From: a bacterium
GTDB taxonomy: Bacteria > Acidobacteriota > Blastocatellia > HR10
Assembly: GCA_041640655.1 (NCBI GenBank)
Contig: JBEPZV010000011.1
Location: forward strand, 1 to 62,878
DNA: 62,878 nt
Direction: 5' to 3'
Shown here: positions 19,177-29,430 of the stretch, piece by piece
Position numbering within the stretch: the stretch's first letter is position 1
Layout of the letters: every line of letters starts with the position of its first letter
Notes under the pieces: model-generated
What the model saw: only the letters and a program-made list of their open reading frames with translations
The model's database searches: none
What the model was told of the DNA's origin: nothing
Position numbers and translations under genes: made by a program

Positions 19177-19260
19177 TGGGGCGTGAATGGAACGGCGGCG
19201 GAAGATCCACTCTGAAGGGAGGGGTGTTCGTATGACCGGTGGGCGAAGGGAGGACGGCGT

Positions 19261-19758
19261 ATGAGCGCGCGCCGCTGGCGACCGTCGGTGCGCGGCCTCG
19301 CGCACTCGTCGTTGCTGCTCTGGCTGCTTCTGGTGCTCGTCTCCGCGCACGTTTATTTCTCGGCCCGCGCGCTGAAGGGGGAAGATGTCGGGATGACGCC
19401 AGCCGCCACGTCCGCAGCATCTTCGGAGTCCGCTGAAGAGGCGCTTCTGAAGGACCTGGAGCGCTTGCCGAAGCTCACGTTCCTCGCCACCGCCTATGCC
19501 CTTCCCGGACAGACGGCCTCGGGCGAGAACGTACGTGCGGGGATCGTCGCGGCCGATCCGGACATCTTACCCATCGGCTCGATCATTCACATCTCGGCGG
19601 GCCGGTATTCGGGAGTTTACACCGTGCTCGATACGGGGCTGAAGATTCGTGGGCGGATGCTCGATATCTGGATGCCGACGCCGCAGGAGGCGCGAGCCTT
19701 CGGCGTGCGCCGCGTGACAGTGCGTGTTCTCCGATGGGGATGGGGCTCCTCCCGATAA
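19261..19758 (+). CDS. 3D (Asp-Asp-Asp) domain cell-wall protein
   Basis: N-terminal TM segment; motifs ATAY, TASG, VAADP, LDTG and LDIW. Confidence 0.85.
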   Translation: MSARRWRPSVRGLAHSSLLLWLLLVLVSAHVYFSARALKGEDVGMTPAATSAASSESAEEALLKDLERLPKLTFLATAYALPGQTASGENVRAGIVAADPDILPIGSIIHISAGRYSGVYTVLDTGLKIRGRMLDIWMPTPQEARAFGVRRVTVRVLRWGWGSSR

Positions 19759-19783
19759 CCGAGGGCACACGCGGCGCGCACGT

Positions 19784-21865
19784 TCATCCGAGGTCCTCAT
19801 CCACGCGATAACGATGGCGCCACTCGGCCAGAAGGCCGTGATTCCAGGTGGAGAGGCGACTGAAGGCCTGCGCGCCGAGAGCCAGGCCGTCCAGGCGCGA
19901 GCTGTGACAATGCGGACACTGCCGATGAAGTCCACGGACGCAGCGTCCGCAATCCAGGCAGAGGGTGAAGTCGGGCGCGGGCAGCAGGCCCGCCGAATGC
20001 GTCTGGAAGAATCCGCGTGAGACCAGGGCCACCAGCGGCTCGATCGCCGTCGCTCTCTCGCTCAACCAGATTGGGGTCGTGACGCCGAAGATCCCCAGAT
20101 CGTGCAGCAGCCCCTCGATGCGCACGCGCTCCAGGGCGCGCACGCTGGCATGCGGCAGGACTTTGAAGGGGCGACTGTAGTACACGTCCCCCTTCTCGAC
20201 GTCTCCGGAGACCGTCTCGGTGGCGCGCGCGGCGAAGGGCGAACGCACATCCAGGCGCGCCAGTCGGTGCGCGGCCATCTCGTCGGTCGAATCCGCCACG
20301 ACAAATCGAACCTTATGCTTGTCGCTCAGGCGTTCGGCCTCGCGCACCAGATGCGTGGCGATGCGCAACGCCATCTCCACCGCCTGATCCGACTCGTGCA
20401 GATGCTGCCCCGTGAGCAGCCAGACCGTCTCGTCCAGCCCGAAGGGACAGATGAGATGCGTCGTCCAGGTGAGCTTCAGAAACGTCGTCTCCGGATGGCG
20501 CACGGCTAAAAGCGCCAGCGGCCCGGTTTCACCGAGCGCCATCAGCTTCTCCAAGAAGATGCGTTTCTCCAGATGAGCCTGGGCGACCAGCTCCATCACC
20601 TCGGTGAGCTGCTGCAGAAAGGCGAGCAGATCTCCATCGGCGCGATACCCCAAGCGCGGGAGATTCACCGCGACGGCTTGAAGCACGGCCGTGCGCCACT
20701 GCCACGTCTGAGCGCGCTCATGGCTGGGCCCAAACGGGACGCTGAATCGCGAGAAGAAGCTCCCCGACGGATCGCGATCGAAGACCAGGCGCACGCCTCC
20801 GCGCTCCGCCAAGACGTGGCACAAGAGGTCCAGGAACTCGCGATACCCCTCGATCCTCGTGAAGTGCTCGGTCAAATGCAGCACCAGACGAGGGGTGAGG
20901 AAGGGGCGTCCCCGTCCATCGCCCTCTCGATACACATCCAGGAGTTGGAGGAGGAAACGGCGCGCGATCTCGCCGTAGGCGGCGTACGTCTCTCCGGTCT
21001 CCTCCCCGTGAGGACCGAGAGCCGGACGATGGGCCAAATACGCGGGCACTTCCCAATCCACATGGACCTCGCAGGCGATGACCTGCCCGCCGCGAGCCAC
21101 GGCCGGTGCGGACAGCTCGAACAGGAGCAGTTGCGCCAACTGTCGCAGATCGCGATCTTCTGCGTCCCGCAGATACGGCGCGAGCGCCACATTGAGACTG
21201 TCCCAGATGACCGGTCCGGCCAAGTATCCGTGAAGGGCCGCCGAGAATTTCACCAGGTGCGCCAGCAGCACTTCGGGATGCCGCGCCGGACGCGCGCTGG
21301 CGAATCCGTGTGGCAAAGCGATGCCGTAGCGCTTCAGGTAATCCAGGGAGCTGGTGATGGCGTAGGGGCGATCCACAGCCCCCAGGCCCTGAATATGAAT
21401 CCCGCCGGTCAGATGCGCCTCCGCGACGGCCTCGGAGAAGACCTCGCGAATCGCATACTCCCGCTTGATGGCTTCGGCCAGCAGGAGGCTCGTGCCCTCC
21501 GGACCATGCGGGGGCGCTTCGCGCTCACGCGCGCTTTGCCGGATGAGGCGATCGGCGTCATAGAGCGGAACGCCCAAGCGCGAATGCGCGCGATGCGCCG
21601 CCTCCAACCCGTACTCCAGCAGCTTCACGTTCACCAACTCGCGAATGAGCGCGGAGCTGAGCGCGCGAATGCCCGCGCGCGCGATCGCTTCGGTGACCTC
21701 CGCGCTGATCTTCGTCGCCAGCTCCACGTCCACATGCGCTTCGCGGACCAGGGCGTCCACGATGCGCTGGGGATCGAACCGCGCGACTTGCTCATCCGAG
21801 CGGCGGACGTAAAGCTCCGGTTCCGCGTGCGCCCCCTGTTGTGACCACGGCTCTTCCCGCTCCAT
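19784..21865 (-). CDS. Class III ribonucleotide reductase (NrdD) homologue with ATP-cone, apparently catalytically inactive
   Basis: ATP-cone (VRRSDEQVARFDPQRIVDALVRE), NrdD core (AHLTGGIHI, VNLPR) and Zn-finger CxxC...CPxC are present, but there is no RxxGY glycyl motif and no catalytic Cys. The start could be 21919. Confidence 0.85.
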   Translation of the reverse strand: MEREEPWSQQGAHAEPELYVRRSDEQVARFDPQRIVDALVREAHVDVELATKISAEVTEAIARAGIRALSSALIRELVNVKLLEYGLEAAHRAHSRLGVPLYDADRLIRQSAREREAPPHGPEGTSLLLAEAIKREYAIREVFSEAVAEAHLTGGIHIQGLGAVDRPYAITSSLDYLKRYGIALPHGFASARPARHPEVLLAHLVKFSAALHGYLAGPVIWDSLNVALAPYLRDAEDRDLRQLAQLLLFELSAPAVARGGQVIACEVHVDWEVPAYLAHRPALGPHGEETGETYAAYGEIARRFLLQLLDVYREGDGRGRPFLTPRLVLHLTEHFTRIEGYREFLDLLCHVLAERGGVRLVFDRDPSGSFFSRFSVPFGPSHERAQTWQWRTAVLQAVAVNLPRLGYRADGDLLAFLQQLTEVMELVAQAHLEKRIFLEKLMALGETGPLALLAVRHPETTFLKLTWTTHLICPFGLDETVWLLTGQHLHESDQAVEMALRIATHLVREAERLSDKHKVRFVVADSTDEMAAHRLARLDVRSPFAARATETVSGDVEKGDVYYSRPFKVLPHASVRALERVRIEGLLHDLGIFGVTTPIWLSERATAIEPLVALVSRGFFQTHSAGLLPAPDFTLCLDCGRCVRGLHRQCPHCHSSRLDGLALGAQAFSRLSTWNHGLLAEWRHRYRVDEDLG

Positions 21866-22007
21866 ACGCCCCACCGTCCCCGAGGATCGCTCGGCCTCTT
21901 CCTCCCGTTGGCCGTCCATCCTAACGCACTGCGCCCTTCGATTCAAGAGGCCGGCCGACTATAATAGGCTCGATGCGCGAAGTCGGTGGCATCGGAGGAC
22001 CGACATC

Positions 22008-23528
22008 ATGAGCGTGCGCGTGCGATTCGCGCCGAGTCCCACGGGACACCTGCACGTCGGGAACGTGCGGACGGCGCTCTACAACTGGCTCTTCGCGCGG
22101 CAGCATCGCGGGGCGTTCATCCTGCGCATAGAGGACACGGATCCGGAGCGCTCGCGCCGTGAATATGAAGTGCAGATTCTGGACGATTTGCGATGGCTCG
22201 GCCTGGATTGGGATGAGGGTCCGGATGTCGGTGGCGACTTCGGCCCCTATCGGCAGAGCGAGCGCCTGGCGCTTTATCGCGACTATGCGCATCGGCTGCT
22301 GGAGGCTGGATGGGCCTATCGTTGCTTCTGCACGGAAGAAGAGCTGGAGCGCGAGCGCGCGCAAGCCCGAGCCGAGGATCGTCCCTATCGCTACTCGGGT
22401 CGGTGTCGTCAGCTCTCGGAGGAAGAGGTGCGCGAGCGCGTGAAGGCTGGACTCCCCCACACGCTTCGATTCCGCGTGCGGCCGGGGCCCATCGTGTGGG
22501 AAGACGTCGTGCGCGGTCCCATCCGATGGGAGGCCGAGGTCATCGGCGATTTCGTCATCGTGAAGTCCGACGGCTGGCCCGTCTACAACTTCGCCGTCGT
22601 CGTGGATGACCTGCTCATGCGCATCACGCATGTCATCCGCGGCGATGGCCATCTGCCGAATACCCCTCGGCAGCTTCTGCTCTATGAGGCGCTGGGCGCG
22701 ACGCCTCCGGTCTTCGCGCATCTGTCGACCATCCTCGGCGCCGATGGCACAAAGCTCTCCAAGCGACACGGAGCCACGGCGCTGCGCGAGTTCCGCGAAC
22801 AGGGGTATTTGCCCGAAGCGCTCTTCAACTTCCTCGCTCTGCTCGGCTGGGCGCCCCCGCAAGAGATCGGAGAACTGCTCTCACGGGAGCAACTGCTGGA
22901 GCTGTTTGCCCTGGAGAAGGTCTCCAAGGCTCCGGCCATCTTCGACCTGCAGAAGCTCAAGTGGATGAACCGCGCGTATCTGAAGGCCAAGCCGCTGGAG
23001 GAGCTGGTGACTGCCGTCGCCCCCTATCTGCAACAGGCGGGGCGCGTGCCCACTCCGCTGGATGAGGCGACGCGAGCCTGGTTGCAGCGCGTCGTGGAGG
23101 CGGTGCTCACACACCTGGAGCATCTCTCGCAGATCGTCGAAGAGACGCGCATCATCTTCGAATACGATCTCTGGACCGCACTCACCTATCCCGAGGTGCG
23201 TGAGGTCCTGGAGGATGCGGGCGCGTTGGACGTCCTTCGGCGGATGGAGCGGGAACTGGCCGACGTCCCCGCGGTCACGACCGAGGCGTTTCGCGAGGCC
23301 GCAGCTCGCGTTCGCGAGCAGACCGGACGCAAAGGGCGCGCGCTCTTCCACCCCATTCGAATCGCGCTCACGGGTCGCCCCTCGGGACCGGAACTGGATA
23401 AGCTGGTCCCGATTTACGAGATCGGCGCGACGCTCCCCCTCCCGCGACCGATCCCCTCCGTGCGCGATCGCCTCCGGCAATTCCTCGAATGGGCCGAGCG
23501 CGTGCGCGCTGAATCGCCTTCGCGCTGA
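22008..23528 (+). CDS. gltX: Glutamate--tRNA ligase
   Basis: Motifs RFAPSPTGHLHVGN, LRIEDTD and KLSKR. Confidence 0.96.
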   Translation: MSVRVRFAPSPTGHLHVGNVRTALYNWLFARQHRGAFILRIEDTDPERSRREYEVQILDDLRWLGLDWDEGPDVGGDFGPYRQSERLALYRDYAHRLLEAGWAYRCFCTEEELERERAQARAEDRPYRYSGRCRQLSEEEVRERVKAGLPHTLRFRVRPGPIVWEDVVRGPIRWEAEVIGDFVIVKSDGWPVYNFAVVVDDLLMRITHVIRGDGHLPNTPRQLLLYEALGATPPVFAHLSTILGADGTKLSKRHGATALREFREQGYLPEALFNFLALLGWAPPQEIGELLSREQLLELFALEKVSKAPAIFDLQKLKWMNRAYLKAKPLEELVTAVAPYLQQAGRVPTPLDEATRAWLQRVVEAVLTHLEHLSQIVEETRIIFEYDLWTALTYPEVREVLEDAGALDVLRRMERELADVPAVTTEAFREAAARVREQTGRKGRALFHPIRIALTGRPSGPELDKLVPIYEIGATLPLPRPIPSVRDRLRQFLEWAERVRAESPSR

Positions 23529-23533
23529 GGCGC

Positions 23534-24217
23534 GTGGTGGACATCGAGCGACTCTTCTACCGGATCAACGGTCTCTTCTGCCTGGGCATGGCGGCGAACT
23601 TCTTCTGGAGCGCCGGCTGGCTGGGCGGGCGTGCACTCGAATCGTTCTCGGAGAAGGAGCTGGAGCATCTGTTGCGTCAGCTCGCCGGAGGCGGCCCGCA
23701 TGTCCTCGTGCTGGTGAGCTATCTGCCCGCCCTACTCATGATCTCGCTCATGCTCGCCTTCTACCTCTATCTTCATCGTCGAGCGCGATACCTCTCGCTG
23801 CTGGCGCTGCTGTCGGGAGTTCTGCTGAGCGGGATTCTGCTCCTTCGCCAGATCTCCGGGCACCAGTTGGTCGCCGTGGCGCTCCGCTACGTCGCGACGA
23901 CCGAATATACGGCCCGAGGGGAGCTGTTCCAGGAAGCGCGCCGCGTGCTTGATCTTCACCTGATGCACGGGCTGCTGGTCAATCGGGCGAGCATCGTCGC
24001 TTACGCCCTCTACGGGTTCCTCTTTCAAAAGAGTCGGAGTCTGCTGGAAGTTCTGCTGGGGTATCTCTTTCTGCTGAGCGCGCTGCTGCTGCTGATCGCG
24101 CAAGTGATGGCGCCCTGGGGCGGCGCGCTCGATCTCTCGAAGGCCGCGGGCTTTCCGGCTTTCGCCTTCATCCTGGCCGCCGTCGTGCTCCTGCGCGCCC
24201 GATCGGAAGAGGAGTGA
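23534..24217 (+). CDS. Hypothetical multi-pass membrane protein
   Basis: About 6 hydrophobic segments; starts 5 bp after the gltX stop. Confidence 0.65.
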   Translation: MVDIERLFYRINGLFCLGMAANFFWSAGWLGGRALESFSEKELEHLLRQLAGGGPHVLVLVSYLPALLMISLMLAFYLYLHRRARYLSLLALLSGVLLSGILLLRQISGHQLVAVALRYVATTEYTARGELFQEARRVLDLHLMHGLLVNRASIVAYALYGFLFQKSRSLLEVLLGYLFLLSALLLLIAQVMAPWGGALDLSKAAGFPAFAFILAAVVLLRARSEEE

Positions 24218-24338
24218 ACGATCCGCCGAAGACTTCGCCTCCTCCGGGGAACGGATCGAGAACCGGCCCTTCATTGACGGACTTCTGCCACGCCATGTAA
24301 ACTCAACGGGTGAAGGCGCACCATGTGAGGAGGGCATT

Positions 24339-24677
24339 ATGGCGGAGAATAACGGAGCGAGCCGTCTGACCTACTTTCTGATCGGATTCGGCCTGGGAGC
24401 GGTCGTCGCTCTCCTGTTCGCCCCGAAATCGGGGCGGGAGCTGCGCGAGGACATCGCCGAGAAGACGCGGCGCGGCTTGGAGAAGGCCCAGGAGACGTAT
24501 GAAGCGGCACGGGAGCGCGCGAAGGAGCTGGTCGAGACCGGGCGCGAGAAAGCCGCGGCGCTGGTGGAGGAGGCCAAGGAGCGCGTGACCGAGAGCCGCG
24601 AGCGCCTCTCGGCAGCTCTTGAAGCGGGTCGGCAAGCCTATCGCGAGGAGAAACGCAAAGCAGAAGCCGAGGGGTGA
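24339..24677 (+). CDS. YtxH domain protein
   Basis: FLIGFGLGAVVALLFAPKSGRELR motif; upstream promoter TTGACG-18-TAAACT (24274-24303). Confidence 0.88.
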   Translation: MAENNGASRLTYFLIGFGLGAVVALLFAPKSGRELREDIAEKTRRGLEKAQETYEAARERAKELVETGREKAAALVEEAKERVTESRERLSAALEAGRQAYREEKRKAEAEG

Positions 24678-24701
24678 GCTCCCGCAAAGGAGAGTCCGAC
24701 C

Positions 24702-25235
24702 GTGGGACATGCCGTTTTCGAATGGGTGATCGCCATCGCCGTTCTCGTCGTCTTCGCCTCTAACCTCGTCTTCCTCTGGCGCATCAATGAGACGCTCAAA
24801 GCCCTGATGGTGAATTCCCAGCAGATGAACGAACGCCTGAACGCCATGCTCAATGAGGCCCACGGGGTCCTCAGCGATGCGCGCGGAGCGATTGCCGCGC
24901 TCGTCGCAGAGGCGCGCCCGATCGTGCGCGCCATCGCGACGACGACGAACGAGCTGACGGACATGGTCCATCTGCAAGCGCTCGAAGTGCGCGGACTGCT
25001 GCGCGACACGGTCCTGGTCCTGCGCAACAAGGTCGAACAGCTCGATGAGCTGGTCACGCGCACGACCGAGCGCGTGGATGAGACGACGGCCACCATCCAG
25101 CGGCAGATTCTGGAGCCCGTTCGAGAGATCCACTATGTGATGGCGGCGCTGCGGCGCGCCGCTGGCGTCTTGCTCTCCGGTCGAAAGCGATCCGTGGATC
25201 GAGCCTATCAAGACGAGGAGTTGTTCATCGGATGA
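24702..25235 (+). CDS. Membrane-anchored coiled-coil protein (DUF948/YtxG-like)
   Basis: N-terminal TM plus heptad-rich helix; adjacent to ytxH; stop overlaps the ileS start (ATGA). Confidence 0.65.
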   Translation: MGHAVFEWVIAIAVLVVFASNLVFLWRINETLKALMVNSQQMNERLNAMLNEAHGVLSDARGAIAALVAEARPIVRAIATTTNELTDMVHLQALEVRGLLRDTVLVLRNKVEQLDELVTRTTERVDETTATIQRQILEPVREIHYVMAALRRAAGVLLSGRKRSVDRAYQDEELFIG

Positions 25236-28042
25236 CGACGCGAGCTCCCCTGGACCTGAAACAGACGATCAATCTCCCGAAGCGGATCCTGCCGATGAAG
25301 GCGAATCTCGTGGAGTCGGAGCCGGCGCGCTTGCGCCGCTGGAAGGAGATGCGCCTCTACGAGCGCATCCTGGAATCGCGACGGGATCGCCCGCTCTTCA
25401 TCTTGCATGATGGGCCGCCGTATGCCAACGGCCACATCCACATCGGGCACGCCCTGAACAAGATCCTGAAGGATTTGATCGTGAAGACGCGCACGATGAT
25501 GGGGTATCAATGCCCCTTCATCCCGGGATGGGATTGTCATGGTCTGCCGATCGAGATCCAGGTGGATGAGCAGCTGGGTCGCCGCAAGGCCGAGCTGTCC
25601 GTTGTGGAGATTCGGCGTGAGGCGCGTCGGCTCGCCGAATACTACATGCGGGCGCAATCGGAGGAGTTCCAGCGGCTGGGCGTCTTCGGCGATTTCGAGA
25701 ACCCCTATTACACGATGGACCCGCGCTATCAGGCCGACATCGTGCGCGTGCTCGGGCGGTTCATCGAGCGGGGGAGCGTCTACAAGGGCCTGCGCGCCGT
25801 CCATTGGTGCATTCACTGTCAGACGGCGCTGGCCGAGGCGGAGATTGAGTACGAGGAGCACCGGAGTCCCTCGATCTATGTGAAATTCCCCCTGGATTCG
25901 GACCCGGCGCGGATTGATCCGGCGCTCGCGGGGAAGCGCGTCTCGATCGTCATCTGGACGACGACGCCCTGGACGCTCCCGGCCAATCTGGGGATCGCCG
26001 TCAATCCCGGCTTTGACTACAGCGCCGTCGAGGTGGGGGATGAGGTCTACATCGTCGCGGCGGAGCTGCTGCCGCGCGTCGCCGAGAAATTGGGCTGGCG
26101 CGATCCGCGCGTTCTCGCCGTCGTGAGGGGGTGGAGACTGGATCGGCTCTGGGCTCGCCACCCCTTCATCGCGCGGAAGTCGCTGCTCATGCTCGGCGAA
26201 CACGTCACGCTGGAGGCGGGGACGGGCTGCGTGCACACGGCCCCCGGCCACGGGTATGAGGACTACGTGATCGGCCAACGGTATGGGCTCGACATCTACT
26301 CGCCCGTGGATGCGCAGGGCCGATTCACGGCCGATGTCGAGCGATTCGCCGGGATGCAAGTCTTCGAGGCCAACGGCCCGATCATCGAGCATCTGCGCGA
26401 CGTCGGGATGCTCCTGGCTGCTGAGGAGATCGTGCACGCCTATCCGCATTGCTGGCGATGCCATAATCCGGTCATCTTCCGCGCGACCCCGCAATGGTTC
26501 ATCTCGATGGAGAAGACGGGATTGCGACAGCGCGCGCTCGAAGCCATCGAGCGCGTCCAGTGGATCCCCCGCTGGGGGCTCGAACGCATGCGCAATGCGA
26601 TTCGCACGCGCCCCGATTGGTGCATCTCGCGCCAGCGGGCGTGGGGCGTGCCGATCACCGTCTTCTACTGCCAAGCGTGCGAAGCCATCCTGGCCGACCC
26701 CCCCCTCATCGAGCGCATCGCGCAAATCTTCGAGCGCGAGGGAGCGGATGTCTGGTACGAGCGCGAGCCCGAATACTTCCTCCCGGAAGGCACGCGGTGC
26801 CCGCAGTGCGGCGGAACGCAGTTCCGAAAGGAGACCGATATTCTCGACGTCTGGCTCGATTCGGGGACGAGCCATCTGGCTGTCCTCGAACGGCGAGGTC
26901 TGCCCTGGCCTGCCGACGTGTATCTGGAAGGCGGGGATCAATTCCGCGGATGGTTCAACTCCTCGCTCCTGGTCGCTATGGAGGTGAAAGGCGCGCCCCC
27001 CTATCGCACGGTCATCACCTCGGGCTGGACGGTGGACGCCGAAGGGCAGAAGATGTCCAAATCCAAGGGCAATGTGATCGAGCCGCAGGAAGTCATTGCC
27101 CGCAGCGGCGCCGAGATCCTTCGCCTCTGGGTCGCCTCCTCCGATTACCATGAGGACGTCCGCATCTCGGAGGAGATCCTGAATCGCCTCATCGAAGCGT
27201 ACCGGAAGATTCGCAACACGGCGTGCTATCTGGTGAACAACCTCTACGACTTCGATCCGACCACCGACGCCATCCCGTACGCGGAGATGGAGGAGCTGGA
27301 TCGGTGGATTCTGGCCGAGTTGAATCAGCTCATTCGGCGGGTGCTCGCCGCGTATGAGGCCTATGAGTTCCATCTCGCCTATCACGCGCTCTACACCTTC
27401 TGCGCTTCAGAGCTCTCGGCGATCTACTTCGACATCCTGAAAGATCGGCTCTACACGTTCGCGCCGAGATCGCGCGAGCGACGGAGCGCGCAGACGGCGC
27501 TCTTTCGCCTCCTGGATGCGCTGACGCGCTTGCTGGCGCCGATCCTCGTCTTCACGGCCGACGAGATCTGGAGCGTGATGCCGGGGCCGACGAGCCGCGA
27601 GCTGCCCTCGGTGCACCTGGCTGAATTCCCGAAGGTCGAGGAGCATCCGGGCGAGGCCGAGCTTCTGGCCCGCTGGCACCGACTGCTCGATGTGCGCGAC
27701 GTGGTGCTGAAGGCGCTCGAAGAGAAGCGCGCCGAGCGCCTCATCGGAGCTTCGCTCGAGGCGAAGGTGACGCTCACCGCCGGCGGCGAACTCTACGATT
27801 TCCTGGCGAGCTTCGGCGAGCAGCTGCGCGCCGTCTTCATCGTCTCGCAGGTCGAGTTGCTCAAGGACGAGCAGGCCCCCCTCGCCGTCGCGGTCGCACG
27901 AGCGGAGGGCCGCAAGTGCGAGCGATGCTGGAATTATTCGACGACCGTCGGCGAGAACGCCCGCTATCCCACCGTTTGCGCCCGGTGCGTGGCGGTGCTG
28001 AAGGAGCTGGAAGCCGAATGGGACAAGATGCACGCGTCATGA
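25232..28042 (+). CDS. ileS: Isoleucine--tRNA ligase (type 1)
   Basis: Motifs HDGPPYANGHIHIGH, WTTTPWTLP and KMSKS; C-terminal CERCW zinc finger. Confidence 0.97.
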   Translation: MTTRAPLDLKQTINLPKRILPMKANLVESEPARLRRWKEMRLYERILESRRDRPLFILHDGPPYANGHIHIGHALNKILKDLIVKTRTMMGYQCPFIPGWDCHGLPIEIQVDEQLGRRKAELSVVEIRREARRLAEYYMRAQSEEFQRLGVFGDFENPYYTMDPRYQADIVRVLGRFIERGSVYKGLRAVHWCIHCQTALAEAEIEYEEHRSPSIYVKFPLDSDPARIDPALAGKRVSIVIWTTTPWTLPANLGIAVNPGFDYSAVEVGDEVYIVAAELLPRVAEKLGWRDPRVLAVVRGWRLDRLWARHPFIARKSLLMLGEHVTLEAGTGCVHTAPGHGYEDYVIGQRYGLDIYSPVDAQGRFTADVERFAGMQVFEANGPIIEHLRDVGMLLAAEEIVHAYPHCWRCHNPVIFRATPQWFISMEKTGLRQRALEAIERVQWIPRWGLERMRNAIRTRPDWCISRQRAWGVPITVFYCQACEAILADPPLIERIAQIFEREGADVWYEREPEYFLPEGTRCPQCGGTQFRKETDILDVWLDSGTSHLAVLERRGLPWPADVYLEGGDQFRGWFNSSLLVAMEVKGAPPYRTVITSGWTVDAEGQKMSKSKGNVIEPQEVIARSGAEILRLWVASSDYHEDVRISEEILNRLIEAYRKIRNTACYLVNNLYDFDPTTDAIPYAEMEELDRWILAELNQLIRRVLAAYEAYEFHLAYHALYTFCASELSAIYFDILKDRLYTFAPRSRERRSAQTALFRLLDALTRLLAPILVFTADEIWSVMPGPTSRELPSVHLAEFPKVEEHPGEAELLARWHRLLDVRDVVLKALEEKRAERLIGASLEAKVTLTAGGELYDFLASFGEQLRAVFIVSQVELLKDEQAPLAVAVARAEGRKCERCWNYSTTVGENARYPTVCARCVAVLKELEAEWDKMHAS

Positions 28043-28542
28043 GAAAGCGCCACTACTTCGCCCTGGCTCTGGCCATCTATGCCGCCGATCAGTATACGAA
28101 GCATCTGGCGACGGGGTTGAAGCATGAGCCGAGTCTGCCGATCATCCCCGGACTGCTCCATCTCACCTACGTGGAGAACGCGGGGATCGCCTGGGGACTC
28201 TTCGCCGATGCGGGCCCGGACGGGCGCTGGGTTCTCTCGCTCATCTCGGGAATCGCAGCTCTCGGCATCGTGCTCTACGCCCTGCGCACGCCGCTACAGG
28301 AGCGACTCACGCAGTGGGGGCTGGCCCTTGTGCTCGGCGGCGTCCTGGGGAATCTCACGGATCGGCTCCTGCGCGGGGCCGTTGTGGACTTTCTCGACAT
28401 CTTCATCGGGCGGTATCGATGGCCTACGTTCAATATCGCCGATCTCGTCATCACCACGGGCGCGCTGTTGCTGTTGGCCGATGCGCTGCGCCCCTCGCCG
28501 GAAGCTCGCCTGCATCGTCAAACCACTGGGGGGCTCCCCTAG
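28039..28542 (+). CDS. lspA: Lipoprotein signal peptidase II
   Basis: Motifs DQYTK, NAGIAWG, GNLTDR, VVDFLD and FNIAD; ATGA overlap with ileS. Confidence 0.93.
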   Translation: MRKRHYFALALAIYAADQYTKHLATGLKHEPSLPIIPGLLHLTYVENAGIAWGLFADAGPDGRWVLSLISGIAALGIVLYALRTPLQERLTQWGLALVLGGVLGNLTDRLLRGAVVDFLDIFIGRYRWPTFNIADLVITTGALLLLADALRPSPEARLHRQTTGGLP

Positions 28543-28554
28543 GAGCGCGCGAGG

Positions 28555-29373
28555 ATGCATCCGGAACTCTTTCGCCTCCCGTATATGAATGTGCCGATCT
28601 ACACCTATGGCGCCCTCCAGGCACTCGCCTTCCTTCTGGGCCTGTGGCTGGCCGTGCGTTTGGGCGAACAGGACGGATTAGATCGCACGCACCTGTTCAA
28701 TTTCGGCATCGGCGCGCTGCTCGGAGGGGTGATCGGCGCGCGGCTGCTGATGATCCTCACCGAGTGGAACCTCCATGAGGACAAACGAGAGCTCCTCTTC
28801 TCTCTCGATCTCTTGAGATCGGGTGGCGTCTACCTGGGCGGCTTCTTGGGCGGGCTGACCGTCGCTCTGTGGCTGGCTCGGCGATACCGGCTCCCTTGGT
28901 GGCGGACGGCCGATGCGTTCGCACCGAGCGTGGCGCTCGGGCTGGCTCTGGGGCGGCTCGGCTGCTTCTCCGCCGGGTGCTGCTGGGGGAAGCCGACATC
29001 CGCGTGGTGGGGGGTCGAGTTCCCCGAGATCGCGCATCGCTTCGTGGGGACGCCGACGGGCGTGCGCCTCCATCCGACGCAGCTCTATGAAGCCACGGTC
29101 GCCTTCCTCCTCTTCCTCCTGCTGCTCGGGCTGCGAAAGCGGCGCGCGTTTCCCGGCCAATTGATCCTCACCTACATGTTCCTCTACGGCGCAGCGCGAG
29201 TGGTTATCGAATTCTGGCGCGACGATTGGCGCGGATGGATCGGCCCGCTCTCGACCTCGCAATTCCTCTCCCTTGGCTTGATGCTCGCCTCGCTGCTCTT
29301 CTTCGCCCGATTGTCCGCGCGGCGACATCGCCCAGCGCCCGAAGCGCCTTCATCCCCCCCTCAGGGAAATTGA
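28555..29373 (+). CDS. lgt: Prolipoprotein diacylglyceryl transferase
   Basis: Motifs YTYG, IGARL, GRLGCFSAGCCWG, HPTQLYE and EFWR. Confidence 0.92.
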   Translation: MHPELFRLPYMNVPIYTYGALQALAFLLGLWLAVRLGEQDGLDRTHLFNFGIGALLGGVIGARLLMILTEWNLHEDKRELLFSLDLLRSGGVYLGGFLGGLTVALWLARRYRLPWWRTADAFAPSVALGLALGRLGCFSAGCCWGKPTSAWWGVEFPEIAHRFVGTPTGVRLHPTQLYEATVAFLLFLLLLGLRKRRAFPGQLILTYMFLYGAARVVIEFWRDDWRGWIGPLSTSQFLSLGLMLASLLFFARLSARRHRPAPEAPSSPPQGN

Positions 29374-29398
29374 GGATCGCGAGAGCGTGTGCTATAAG
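29370..29398 (+). promoter_or_regulatory. Sigma70 promoter for the nuclease-mutS unit
   Basis: TTGAGG-17 nt-TATAAG with an extended -10 TG. Confidence 0.5.
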
Positions 29399-29430
29399 TA
29401 AAGACCACGTCCGGTGTGAGGCCGCGATCT

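Noticed and set aside
19177..19260. c-di-AMP (ydaO) riboswitch upstream of the 3D-domain gene
   Set aside because: The spacer is only ~85 bp and has only fragmentary resemblance; the 3' CAGCTAAC-type element is absent.
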